Positions 48,442 to 58,017 of a stretch of 64,000 nt of DNA are shown in pieces. Position 1 is the first letter of the stretch, and each line of letters begins with the position of its first letter. Source of the stretch: Candidatus Bipolaricaulia bacterium. Lineage in GTDB: Bacteria; Bipolaricaulota; Bipolaricaulia; RBG-16-55-9. The notes beneath the pieces were generated by a model that saw only the letters and a program-made list of their open reading frames with translations, searched no databases and had not been told where the DNA came from. The position numbers were made by a program, and so were the translations under genes. The DNA is taken from assembly GCA_042219045.1 (NCBI GenBank), contig JBDGQO010000013.1, forward strand, positions 1 through 64,000, in the 5' to 3' direction.

Positions 48442-51351
48442 TCAGAACAGCTGTGGCAACTGGACGTCCAGATACGCCTGCGGTCGGTCCTCGCCGAGGC
48501 CTTGGCCGATGCCGCCCACAAGGGCAATCGAGGAGCGATACCCGAGCGTCAGCGACACCTGCAGTTCCGCGCCGTAGCCGATCCGAACGTCCTTCGGGTT
48601 GAGCGTATCGCCGGCCATGCCGGCATCGACGAAGACGCCACCGCCGACGTTGTCCACGAGCACGGGGCGGCTGTTGACGGTTCGGTCCACCTGGAACAGC
48701 GGGAAGTCGTATTGGACGCTGGCCGTCACGGCCTGTTGGCCCTGAGCGACCGACGGGCCGAATCCGCGAACGGTGAAGCCACCGCCCGTCATGGGTGCCT
48801 CCAACGTCGGGCCACCGAGGGCGAAGCTTTCCGCGTCGTGCGGGCTGTCCGTCCAGCCGCCGCGCACCTCCAACGAAACGCGATGCGTCTCGGCGATCGG
48901 AAGTCGAACGGTCTCGCTCCAACTCAGCGTCAGGCGCCGGTACCATTCGCCGAGCGTCTCCACGTTGATCAACTCACCCGAGATCGACACGTTCGAGCTG
49001 TGAGCAAACCGCTCGCTCCGCTGGACCGCGTCGTAGACGTACTGACCTGACAGCGTCGTCGTCGTGCGAGTTGCGGAGGACGTGGACGTGTCAGACCCGT
49101 TTTGCGACGATTTGTCCGGTGAGGAAGCGGCCTTGGAGGATTTTTCGCTGGATGAACCTCCATTGTTTGGGGCCTCTCGATTGATAAGGCGACGGTATCC
49201 CAGGCCCAAGCTCTGATTTCGATCCGAGGACACCTCCAGCGGAACCGTGACATTGAGCCCGACCGACGTCCGTGCCCGATTCCCGCTGGCGCTGACGGTC
49301 AGCGGCAGCGAGCCGTTGTTCTGATAGCTGAGCGCGTAGACGGGTCGTTCCGACTGGAGATCCCACCCGAGGGTCGCACTGTAGGTATGCGTCAAAAGCG
49401 GATCGTTGCCCATCGTCATGACACCGAACCCGCCTTGCAGGGGCGTCGGAATCCAGAGCTTCGGGGTCATGAGCGGAATCGGGTTGTACGGCTGGGGCTC
49501 CCCGCCGTCCGTGGGATAGCCATCCCAGGACGGAACGTCGGTCTCGGGCAGCTCCACGGGCCGCCATTGCTCGGGCTGGAGCGGGAGCCGCGCAACGTCG
49601 TAGCCATCGCCTTCGTAGCCGAGATACGCCAGCGACTGTCCGTCGGACGATACCGTCGGCGCGAAAGCGCCGCTCATCGCGTTGGTGATCTGGAAGCTCT
49701 CGCCGCTGTCCACGTCGATGGCGAACAGGTTGTCGCGGCGATTCAGATCCGAACTGAAGATGACGTATTGCCCATCGGCCGAGAAGACCGGATCGCTGTC
49801 CTCGTTCTTGTTTTGGGTGAGCGCCGTCAGTTCGCCGCCGTCAGCGGGCATGGTGTAGATGTCCTGATAGCCGCCGGGGCGCCAGAGCGCCAGCGCGATC
49901 CGCTCGCCATCTGGCGAGATCGACAGCGACTGGATCACCGCGCCCATGTCGGCGAAATTCCGAACAGTTCGGATCTCACCCGAGTCCATGTCGCGAGCCA
50001 TTAATGCGCTCTGGCCGGCATGGTTGACCTGCTTGGCGTAGTAAAGCGTCTCCCCATCGGGGGAAAACGCCGGACTGTAAGCACGTTCGCCGTGGGTCAG
50101 ACGCTTGGGCTCGGTGGACTCGATGTCGGCTCCGTCCGTCTGCACGCTCACCTGATAGAGGTCGCTACGAATGGAACGTCGGTCGACGGGGTCTTGTCGA
50201 GAAAAGACGAGCGTCTGGCCATCGGGCGACCAGGCCGGCCCACTCGCCGACCCGGCGACGATTTCCGTGTCATCCGTTCCATCGGGCCGCACGACGCGCA
50301 GGCCATTGCGGCTCGGATCGCTGTGCGTGTAGGCGATCAGGTCCCGCGACGACCAAGCCGGATCATCCGTGGAGAATCCGTGATCGGTGAGGTCGCGGCC
50401 CACGAGCACGCCCGCTTCTCGAATCGATCGAATCTCGGGCACAAACTGCGTGCGGAGCCAATCCGTGAAGTTGGCGTACATCGTTTCAGGGGAGACGCCG
50501 AAGGCCTCTTGGGTGACCTCGCTGAACTTCGGCCCCATGCCGAACAGGGCGGAGATTTGCAGCGGCTTGTCCGCGTTGGCGTCGGTGAAGCGCTGCAGCG
50601 CGTCGTCGCCGTGCGTCTGTTCGAGATATTTCATCAGCCAGGCGCTGTAGTTGTAGACGAGCAGGCCGAGTGACGGCCACTCGTCCCGCTGGTTGACCCC
50701 CCGAATTTCCGCCCACGTAGGGAAATCGTTGTCCAGCACCATCTGGCGAATCATCATGCGCGTGCGGCTGTCGTTCAGGCGTGACTCCTCCACGATCTCG
50801 TGTTTTTCGTAGACCGCGAGCCCTTCCACGAACGGAATGGGCTTGACGGCGTTCGGCGTAATGATGTTGCCGAATAGCCGCTCCAGGAGGTTGTGAATCC
50901 CGCGGGTCTGGCGCAGATCGACCGCGTGGACGAGCTCGTGGGTGACCACCGTCTTCCACCAGGAATCGGGGCGAACGTTGAAGTTCTCGGCCAGTTCCCG
51001 ATGCGAGGCGAAAATCGCCACCTGATCCGAGACGGGATTGCTGAAACCGTTGGGAAAGTCGAACGGATCAGTCAACACGAGATCGATCGTCGCGGGCGCC
51101 TCGCCGAACTCGTCCCGCAGTTGGGTGTAGGCGTCTTCAGCCAGGGACGAGACCTGGCGGGCGACGCCCTCGAGGCCGTTGTGGAAGTGAATCCGGAAAT
51201 GCTCTGTCGTCAGCGTTCGCCACTCGAGATCGTCGTTGAAGTCCAAGCTGGCCACGCCGATCTGGGCCGAGGCGACCGACCCGAATGCCACCGCACAGAT
51301 GGCGGCCATGAGAATCGCGCGCAGGCATCGTCGATGCCACATCGGAGCCAT
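48442..51351 (-). CDS. Secreted/outer-membrane protein: zincin-like domain, TolB/PD40 propeller, Omp85-like C-terminal barrel
   Basis: ATG 51351 after GAGGAGG; signal peptide; WRTLTTEHFRIHF, THELVH..EG; (W/F)SPDG repeats; VRGF, FVDAG, GYGAEL; terminal Phe. Confidence 0.8.
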   Translation of the reverse strand: MAPMWHRRCLRAILMAAICAVAFGSVASAQIGVASLDFNDDLEWRTLTTEHFRIHFHNGLEGVARQVSSLAEDAYTQLRDEFGEAPATIDLVLTDPFDFPNGFSNPVSDQVAIFASHRELAENFNVRPDSWWKTVVTHELVHAVDLRQTRGIHNLLERLFGNIITPNAVKPIPFVEGLAVYEKHEIVEESRLNDSRTRMMIRQMVLDNDFPTWAEIRGVNQRDEWPSLGLLVYNYSAWLMKYLEQTHGDDALQRFTDANADKPLQISALFGMGPKFSEVTQEAFGVSPETMYANFTDWLRTQFVPEIRSIREAGVLVGRDLTDHGFSTDDPAWSSRDLIAYTHSDPSRNGLRVVRPDGTDDTEIVAGSASGPAWSPDGQTLVFSRQDPVDRRSIRSDLYQVSVQTDGADIESTEPKRLTHGERAYSPAFSPDGETLYYAKQVNHAGQSALMARDMDSGEIRTVRNFADMGAVIQSLSISPDGERIALALWRPGGYQDIYTMPADGGELTALTQNKNEDSDPVFSADGQYVIFSSDLNRRDNLFAIDVDSGESFQITNAMSGAFAPTVSSDGQSLAYLGYEGDGYDVARLPLQPEQWRPVELPETDVPSWDGYPTDGGEPQPYNPIPLMTPKLWIPTPLQGGFGVMTMGNDPLLTHTYSATLGWDLQSERPVYALSYQNNGSLPLTVSASGNRARTSVGLNVTVPLEVSSDRNQSLGLGYRRLINREAPNNGGSSSEKSSKAASSPDKSSQNGSDTSTSSATRTTTTLSGQYVYDAVQRSERFAHSSNVSISGELINVETLGEWYRRLTLSWSETVRLPIAETHRVSLEVRGGWTDSPHDAESFALGGPTLEAPMTGGGFTVRGFGPSVAQGQQAVTASVQYDFPLFQVDRTVNSRPVLVDNVGGGVFVDAGMAGDTLNPKDVRIGYGAELQVSLTLGYRSSIALVGGIGQGLGEDRPQAYLDVQLPQLF

Positions 51352-51442
51352 CGTTTCCTCCTCTGATTGTTCATGTTGGTCCGCGTAACGGTTGAAAAGT
51401 TGAGCCACGGACATCAAGGTCGCTGGTTGAGAAGCAAGCTCG

Positions 51443-52507
51443 TCAGAAGTTCACGGTGAACCGCGGTGAGCCGTCTTGCGGCACCGCAAGTCGGGCCTTC
51501 ACGGAGACGTTCCGCACGCTCAGCGTAAGCGATGCGGTCCAACTGAAGCCCATCTTCGAGGTCCATTCCATGTCGATCTCGTCCGGCGAATCCGCTTGTT
51601 GGGCGCCTGTCGTTTCGGAGGAGCCGTTGGGCGATTCGCTCTTGGCCTCCGATCGCCGGTCCGCGTTGGCGACGTGGACGCCGATGTCGCCGCGCAGCGT
51701 CAGCGGAATCTCGGTCGGTATGGTGTTCGGCCACTCCGGCGGCACCGGGAGCGGGATGCCCGTCTCGTACATGGGGAAGGATCGGCTCAGCGTTAACTGC
51801 CAGTAGCGCTCGCCCGTGAGCGAGCCCCCCAGACCCGGGACCCCGGTGCTGAACTCGTATCCCGCGAGATCCGCTGCGTTGGTGAGCGAGCCGTACCGGA
51901 CGTTGGCGCTGAAGCCGTCAAGTGACAAGCTCACCGAGCCCCTGTTGGACTGGAACGTCTTCCCAAGCGTGGAGCCGTCCATGAGCGCGCCGAAGGTCAT
52001 GACCGAGTTGGTGCGGGCCCGGACGCCGTAGGCCAAGTCGAACGACGTCCCCGAATCCAACTGGATGTAGCCGACGTTGCGGTCGGGTTGATCGTCTCGG
52101 CCCCAGAGCGAGCCGACAAAGCCCGTCGCGCGGGTCTCGCCGACGCTGATGCCGAGCTCCACGCCGCTTTGGCCCTCACGACCCAAGATGGGGCTGCTCG
52201 GCCAGTCGACGACCGCCAAGCTCGGGTTACCGACGCGTTGATCAAGCACCGGGATCGAAACTCCCGTGGTCACTTTCAAGCCAGCCTGATAGCGGACGCG
52301 CCCGCTATCGAAGCCATAGGCTGCCGCCGCCCGAGGCTTCCACAGGCCGCCTATGGCGGGGAGATTCGTATCGAATCCGACGAGTCGACCGTCCTTGCTC
52401 GTGGTCGTGTAGACCGGTCTGACGGGTTGGGCCTGCCCGAGCTCTGCCACGACAGTCATGGGCAAACCGACCGCCAACAACGCAATCATGAGAGATCGAG
52501 TGCTCAC
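51443..52507 (-). CDS. Hypothetical secreted beta-rich protein, probable outer-membrane barrel
   Basis: RBS GGAGGT; signal peptide; amphipathic beta-strands; ends FTVNF. Confidence 0.7.
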   Translation of the reverse strand: MSTRSLMIALLAVGLPMTVVAELGQAQPVRPVYTTTSKDGRLVGFDTNLPAIGGLWKPRAAAAYGFDSGRVRYQAGLKVTTGVSIPVLDQRVGNPSLAVVDWPSSPILGREGQSGVELGISVGETRATGFVGSLWGRDDQPDRNVGYIQLDSGTSFDLAYGVRARTNSVMTFGALMDGSTLGKTFQSNRGSVSLSLDGFSANVRYGSLTNAADLAGYEFSTGVPGLGGSLTGERYWQLTLSRSFPMYETGIPLPVPPEWPNTIPTEIPLTLRGDIGVHVANADRRSEAKSESPNGSSETTGAQQADSPDEIDMEWTSKMGFSWTASLTLSVRNVSVKARLAVPQDGSPRFTVNF

Positions 52508-52767
52508 GGGATGCCACCTCCGGGCGCTATTCTAGACCACGTATCGCGCCTCGTCATCCATCGTAGAAGCTCGTTAGCGGTCTCGGGTCGGCTTAACGGG
52601 GAGTGCCAAGTTGAGGTCGGCGCCCGAGTGTCCCAAGAAGCGTCTCATGAACCCTCAGATCCGTCGGGAAGCCGTTTGCTTGCCCTATTGTTTTGTAGAA
52701 AGTTTGGCGATTTTGTTGCGCGGAATCGACCCATGCTCCATCGCGCTCGGTCTCGAATTGGGGCCGG

Positions 52768-53310
52768 TTATTCCACCGCTTCGCGGAGCAGTTGTTCGTG
52801 GATTTCCAGATCCTGAGCCGAAAAGAGGACAAAGCGGACGAGTTGCACGCTCGCTAGCGAGGGGACCATCTCCCGGATCGTGGCGAACGCGATGCGAGCC
52901 GCATCCGGGGTGGGATAGTCGAACGCGCCCGTGGAAATGGCGGGGAACGCCAGCGAGGAAAGCTCGTGCTCTTCGGCCAACTCCAGCGCCCGGCGATAGC
53001 AGTTGGCCAAAAGCTCGTCGGCCGGCTCGTCGCGCCCGTAGACCGGGCCAAGGCAGTGAATAACGTGGGGATTGGGCAGGTTTTGGCCGCCCGTGATGAC
53101 CGCCTCACCCGGCTTGATGGGCGCCAACGGACGGCACTCCTCGGCCAACTCTGGTCCGGCTGCTCGGTGGATCGCGCCGGCAACGCCGCCTCCCGTCTTC
53201 AACTCCGCATTGGCCGCATTCACAACCGCATCGACGTCCGGCTGATTGGCGATGTCGCCCTGAATCAACTCGATGCGGACGCCGTCAAGCGTCGTCTCCA
53301 TCGCGAACAT
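52768..53310 (-). CDS. Macro-domain protein (ADP-ribose hydrolase, YmdB-like)
   Basis: QGDI, VNAAN, GGGVAGAIHRAAG, VIHCLGP, AFPAISTGAF. Confidence 0.93.
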   Translation of the reverse strand: MFAMETTLDGVRIELIQGDIANQPDVDAVVNAANAELKTGGGVAGAIHRAAGPELAEECRPLAPIKPGEAVITGGQNLPNPHVIHCLGPVYGRDEPADELLANCYRRALELAEEHELSSLAFPAISTGAFDYPTPDAARIAFATIREMVPSLASVQLVRFVLFSAQDLEIHEQLLREAVE

Positions 53311-53394
53311 CCCCCCTGAACGTCCCAGTATAGCGCCCAGCCGCCGTGCGTCGCCGAAGGCTGTCTGCCCGCTCGGGGGCGTATGTCGGCGGTG

Positions 53395-56142
53395 CTAACC
53401 TGTGTTCCGCAACCCGGCCGCGATGCCGTTGAGCGAGAGCAGAACAGCGCCGCGCAGGTCGGCGTCGGCGTCCGAAGTCGTTCCCGCCTGGAGCCGCTTC
53501 ATCAGCTCGACCTGAAGGAAGTTGAGCGGGTCGATGTAGGGATTGCGGCGCCGGATGCTGTGCTGCAGCCAGGCTTCGTTGTCAAGCAACGCCGACTGGC
53601 CGGTGATCGTCAAGATCGCGTCCTCCGTCCGGCGATACTCGGCCTCGATCGCGTCAATAACCGGAGCTTCCTCGTCACGAGCCAGCGTGGCGTAGCGCCG
53701 CATGATGGTCAGATCGGCTTGGCAGAGGCTGAGCTGCGCGTTGTCGACGAGCGTGCGGAAGAACGGCCATTCCGCATACATCCGTTCCAGCTCCTCGGGC
53801 CCGTCCGTTGAGTGGCCCCGCAACTCGCTCTGGAGCGCCTGACCGACCCCGTACCAGCCGGGCAGCCCCACGCGAGCTTGGGTCCAGGCGAAGACCCAGG
53901 GGATCGCGCGCAGATCTTCGATGCGCTCGCTCCCCTTGCGTCGGGACGGGCGGGAGCCGATGTTGAGCTCGTCGATGTGGTCGATCGGGGTCATGCGATG
54001 GAACGCCGCGACGAACTCGGGGCGATCCACGAGGTCGCGATAGGCGTCGTAGGCCCGCTTGGCGAGCGCTTCGAGTTTGGGCAGCCATGCCGCCAATTGG
54101 TCGGGTTCGGGGTCCTCCTGCCCCGACAGCAGCACGGCGTGCACGATCTGCTCCAGGTGGCGATGGGCGATCTCGGCGTCCGCGTAACGATCGCTGATGA
54201 CCTCGCCCTGCTCGGTCAGCTTCAAGCGTCCCCGCAGCGACTCCGAAGGCTGCGCGCGGATGGCCCGATTGGCCGGGCCGCCGCCGCGGCCGACCGACCC
54301 GCCGCGACCGTGGAACAGCGTCAGCTCGACGTCATGGCGCTCGCAGACGCGGGCGATCTCCTGCTGAGCCCGATAGAGCGCCCAGTTCGCCTCCAGATAG
54401 CCGCCGTCCTTGTTGGAGTCGCTGTAGCCGATCATGACTTCCTGATGGTCGCCGCGCCTCGCCAAGTGGTCCCGATACTCGGGGATCCGGAAGAGCGCGT
54501 CGAGCACCTGGGGGGCATGGCCCAAATCCGCGATCGTCTCGAACAACGGCGCGATGTCCAGACGACCGAACAGCGCCGCGTCCGAGGCCAACAGCAGGAT
54601 CTCGAGCACGTCGCTGGTGTCCTCGGTCATGCTGATGACGTAGCTGCCGATGGCATGGGGAGCAATTCGGTCCTTCGCGTGGCGCGCCAACCTCACGAGC
54701 CGCACCAGGTCGTTGGTCGGCTCGCTGAAGTGGAGCTCGGCCGTGAGCGGGCGCGGGCTGGCGATCTCGCCGCGCAGCAGCTCGACGCGCTCCGCCACGG
54801 TCAGATCCGTATAGTCCGCCGTCAGGGCGTAGCGCTCCAGGATCTCGGCAATCGCCTCGTGATGTCGATGGGCGTGCTGGCGCAGGTCCAGCTCGGCCAC
54901 GTGGAACCCGAATGCCTGCACCCGTTGGATCAGCCGAGCGACGGCTCCTTCGGCCAAGGCGGTCGCCTGATGGCCGATCAAGCTCTCCCGGATCAGCTCG
55001 AGATCGGCCAAGAATTCCGCGGCGCTCGTATAGCCCGCCGGATCCGATCCGCGTTCGGCCAAGGGCTGCGCGACGTGCCGTTGCGTCGCCTCGATGCGCT
55101 CGGCCATCAGGGTAACCTTCTGGCGATAGGGCTCGAGTTGGAAGCGCTCACAGATCGCCTCGCCACGTTCGCCGAGTCGGTCACGATCCGCGGCGATGCT
55201 GGCGTCAAGCTCGTCGGAGATCGTGACGTAAGTCCGGGCCATGCTGAGGTCATGTCCCAAGGCGTTGAGGTCGTCGCCGTAGCGAGCGAGCGCAAGCTCC
55301 TGGTGCATTCGCAGCGTCGCTTCCGTGGTGGCCGTGTCGACGTTCGGGTTGCCGTCGCGATCGCCGCCGATCCAAGAGCCGAAGCGCAGCACGGGGCCCA
55401 CCTCGAAGGACGCGTCGGGATAGTGATGCGCCAGGGCCGATTCCAGCTCCGCGTAGATGCGCGGCACGACGTCGAACAGCGTCGTGTCGAAGAAATAGAG
55501 CCCGTTGTGGACCTCATCCCAAACCGTGGGTCGGCGGTCGCGCGTCTCGTCGGTCTGCCATAGCGCCGTGATGAGCTCGCGGAGCCGATGCATATGTTGG
55601 GCACGTTCGGGCGGCGTCAGCGCCAGGCGGTCCCGCTCGTCGAGGATGTCGCCAATGGCGCGCTGCTTTTCCAAAATCGTCCGTCGCTTGGCTTCGGTGG
55701 GATGCGCCGTGAAGACCGGCTTGATCAGCAGATGCGCCAGACGATTTCGAACCGTCTCGGCCGAGGCGCCAGACTGTTTCAAACGGGCAACGGCGTCGTC
55801 GATGGTCTCACGCATCGGTACCTCATCTTGATGCGCCTCGGACAGACGGTGTCGGAGCACGCGAACGCGGTGATTCTCCTCGGCGAGATTGATGAGCTGA
55901 AAGTAGACGGTAAACGCCTTCAGCACCGAACGCGTCTGTGGCAGATCGTGCACCAGATCGGCCATGTGCTCCGCCATGTGGGCTTCGGCGTCGGCGTCGC
56001 CCGCCCGAAGCGACTTGGTGGTGCTCCGGATCTCCTCAATAAGGTCGAACAGATCCGGCCCCTCTTGGGCAATGATCGTCTCACCGAGCATGTCGCCGAG
56101 CAGGCGCACCGTCGTGCTCAACTGGCTCTGCGGGTCGCTCAT
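53395..56142 (-). CDS. ppc: Phosphoenolpyruvate carboxylase (bacterial type)
   Basis: ATG 56142 after GAAAGGA; VFTAHPT, WIGGDRDGNP, VMIGYSDSNKDGG, FHGRGGSVGRGGGP, LRAIPWVF, GLRNTG. Confidence 0.97.
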   Translation of the reverse strand: MSDPQSQLSTTVRLLGDMLGETIIAQEGPDLFDLIEEIRSTTKSLRAGDADAEAHMAEHMADLVHDLPQTRSVLKAFTVYFQLINLAEENHRVRVLRHRLSEAHQDEVPMRETIDDAVARLKQSGASAETVRNRLAHLLIKPVFTAHPTEAKRRTILEKQRAIGDILDERDRLALTPPERAQHMHRLRELITALWQTDETRDRRPTVWDEVHNGLYFFDTTLFDVVPRIYAELESALAHHYPDASFEVGPVLRFGSWIGGDRDGNPNVDTATTEATLRMHQELALARYGDDLNALGHDLSMARTYVTISDELDASIAADRDRLGERGEAICERFQLEPYRQKVTLMAERIEATQRHVAQPLAERGSDPAGYTSAAEFLADLELIRESLIGHQATALAEGAVARLIQRVQAFGFHVAELDLRQHAHRHHEAIAEILERYALTADYTDLTVAERVELLRGEIASPRPLTAELHFSEPTNDLVRLVRLARHAKDRIAPHAIGSYVISMTEDTSDVLEILLLASDAALFGRLDIAPLFETIADLGHAPQVLDALFRIPEYRDHLARRGDHQEVMIGYSDSNKDGGYLEANWALYRAQQEIARVCERHDVELTLFHGRGGSVGRGGGPANRAIRAQPSESLRGRLKLTEQGEVISDRYADAEIAHRHLEQIVHAVLLSGQEDPEPDQLAAWLPKLEALAKRAYDAYRDLVDRPEFVAAFHRMTPIDHIDELNIGSRPSRRKGSERIEDLRAIPWVFAWTQARVGLPGWYGVGQALQSELRGHSTDGPEELERMYAEWPFFRTLVDNAQLSLCQADLTIMRRYATLARDEEAPVIDAIEAEYRRTEDAILTITGQSALLDNEAWLQHSIRRRNPYIDPLNFLQVELMKRLQAGTTSDADADLRGAVLLSLNGIAAGLRNTG

Positions 56143-56400
56143 GGGCAGATCCTTTCGGCTCTCCGTTTTTTCAGGGGACACGCGCGCGACAGGGCCCGAT
56201 GATAAGCGCAGCGGCCGATTCCGTCCACGAGCCGTATCCGACCCCGACGAAACCTGTCTGTCCTGAATCGAGCAGAGCGGACGCGCCAAGGGGACAGTGG
56301 ACGGGTCCGCGAAACCTCGTCCGTGCGACGGTCGTAGATGGGGCGTCGAGTTGACCCGAAACGGGCCAAGACGCCGTTCGAGAATCGGAAGGAGGAGACC

Positions 56401-56679
56401 ATGCGGCAAACCGAGATCCGACTGACCGACGACCTCTGGGCGCTGCTGCAAGCGTCCAGCGACCCGGCGGAGACGATCAAAGAGGCGCTGGGCAGCTATT
56501 TCCTGTGCCGGTGCGATCGACTGGCCGCGGTCCCCGTGGACGCGCCCAAACGCCACGTTCCGGTCGACGACATGGTCTTCCTCACCGCCGCTCGACGGGC
56601 CCACGAGGAGCAACGCCCGACCGACATCGTGATCGCGGACGCGTTGCACTGGTTCCTCGCCAGCGAGCAGGTCGCGTAA
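56401..56679 (+). CDS. Small protein with two ribbon-helix-helix-like repeats
   Basis: RBS AAGGAGGAG; MRQTEIRLTDDLW...IKEALGSYF and KRHVPVDD...IADALHWFL. Confidence 0.6.
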   Translation: MRQTEIRLTDDLWALLQASSDPAETIKEALGSYFLCRCDRLAAVPVDAPKRHVPVDDMVFLTAARRAHEEQRPTDIVIADALHWFLASEQVA

Positions 56680-56704
56680 GGAGCCTGTCGCATCGCCCAT
56701 ATGC

Positions 56705-56741
56705 GCGGGAGCGGGAAGTGCGTTTCCCGCTTCCGCTTGTT
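56705..56741 (+). terminator. Terminator-like hairpin
   Basis: GCGGGAGCGGGAA-6nt-TTCCCGCTTCCGC followed by TTGTT. Confidence 0.6.
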
Positions 56742-56765
56742 AACGTAACAGTGTTATGTTATGGT
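56737..56765 (+). promoter_or_regulatory. Promoter with overlapping 21-bp palindromic operator
   Basis: TTGTTA-17-TATGGT with TAACGTAACA-G-TGTTATGTTA (56741-56761) across the spacer. Confidence 0.7.
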
Positions 56766-57136
56766 GATAGCCGTCGGGGTGATGCCCATGTTGCCACCGT
56801 CGCTGATCCCCAAGCCGGGAAAACCGAATCTGGAGTGACCTGGCGAGCGCTATCCGTTGCTGTGGGACGACGCGGCAATCGACCGGGCGATGCAGCGATT
56901 GCAGGGTAGGGCGACCCAGCGACAGCGCGTCGGCGATCGACTGGGCAACTTGCTCATTCGGCTCGGGTGCCGACTCAAGCGGGTGCCCGTCTCGGACGCT
57001 AAGGGATTGACTGACGCCCATCGCCCCCCGTCGGCCACGACCGGCAAGTGAATCCCTGGGGCAACTCGTCCCCAACCGCCACGCCGTCGTGCCGCGCTAC
57101 GGCCGAGTTGAGTACGGGGGTCACGAGGAGACCGCC

Positions 57137-57811
57137 ATGACCGCCGAGCAGTACGACTCAACCGCAAACGAGTCCCTGATTGCCAAGAAGGACGTTCTGG
57201 AGCTTATGGACATCTCCTACGGCCAGTTCTACCGCTGGAAGCGGAAGGGACTGATTCCGGAAAGCTGGTTCATGCGCAAGAGCACGTTTACCGGTCAGGA
57301 GACGTTCCTGCCGCGCGGGCTGATTCTGGATCGCATCGAGGCGATCAAGTCCCTCAAGGACGACCACAGCCTGGAGGAGATCGCGGAGCTGCTGTCGCCG
57401 GAGCCCTCCAAGCACACGTTCCGCGCTGACGAACTCCGACAACAGGGCTGGATCCGCCCCGAGACGCTGGATCGCTATCGCGCGCTCACTGGAGAAGTCG
57501 GCCCGTACCGCTTTCGCGACCTCGTGCTCATGGAGCTGATCGACGCGCTGGAGCAGGACTACGGCCTGGACCGAACGTCGGTCGACCGGATGGTCGCCAC
57601 GGTCTGGCACAGTCGCATCGACGTCGGCGCCGAGGGCGCCGAGTGGACAGTCTACCTGGTGGAGACCCGCGGGGGCGAGAAGCTCGGGTGCCTGTCGCCG
57701 GCAGCGCAGATCCACGTCGAGCCGATGGCGACTGTGCGAATCCGAATGGCCTTGGGCATGGTGTTGGAACGAACTCGACGGCGATTCAGCCAACGACGGG
57801 AGGCGCGATGA
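57137..57811 (+). CDS. yhbD: YhbD/DUF4004-family protein (MerR-like N-terminal HTH)
   Basis: RBS GAGGAG; LIAKKDVLELMDISYGQFYRWKRKGLIPESWFMRKSTFTGQETF signature. Confidence 0.9.
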   Translation: MTAEQYDSTANESLIAKKDVLELMDISYGQFYRWKRKGLIPESWFMRKSTFTGQETFLPRGLILDRIEAIKSLKDDHSLEEIAELLSPEPSKHTFRADELRQQGWIRPETLDRYRALTGEVGPYRFRDLVLMELIDALEQDYGLDRTSVDRMVATVWHSRIDVGAEGAEWTVYLVETRGGEKLGCLSPAAQIHVEPMATVRIRMALGMVLERTRRRFSQRREAR

Positions 57812-58017
57812 TCGTGCTTCGGGATCTGGTGCGACTGTTGATCGCGGGGACGTTCGTGGTCGTCGGCCTGCTGGTCGCGGTCGGCGTCCTGAAGCTTGCG
57901 GTCGTTTTGATGGGCTTGCTCGTGCCCGTATTGTTCGGAGTTGGTGCCCTGTATCTGGGCTATCGTTGGTGGCAGCGTTACGGACCCCGTGTGACGGGAA
58001 GGAGGACGCGATGGTGA
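57808..58017 (+). CDS. Small two-TM membrane protein
   Basis: RBS GGGAGG, ATGA overlap, 69-aa hydrophobic ORF. Confidence 0.7.
   Translation: MIVLRDLVRLLIAGTFVVVGLLVAVGVLKLAVVLMGLLVPVLFGVGALYLGYRWWQRYGPRVTGRRTRW

Noticed and set aside
56143..56700. 186-aa N-terminal extension of ppc in the ORF track
   Set aside because: PEPC similarity and RBS begin at 56142; the extension is antisense to the RBS-bearing 56401 gene
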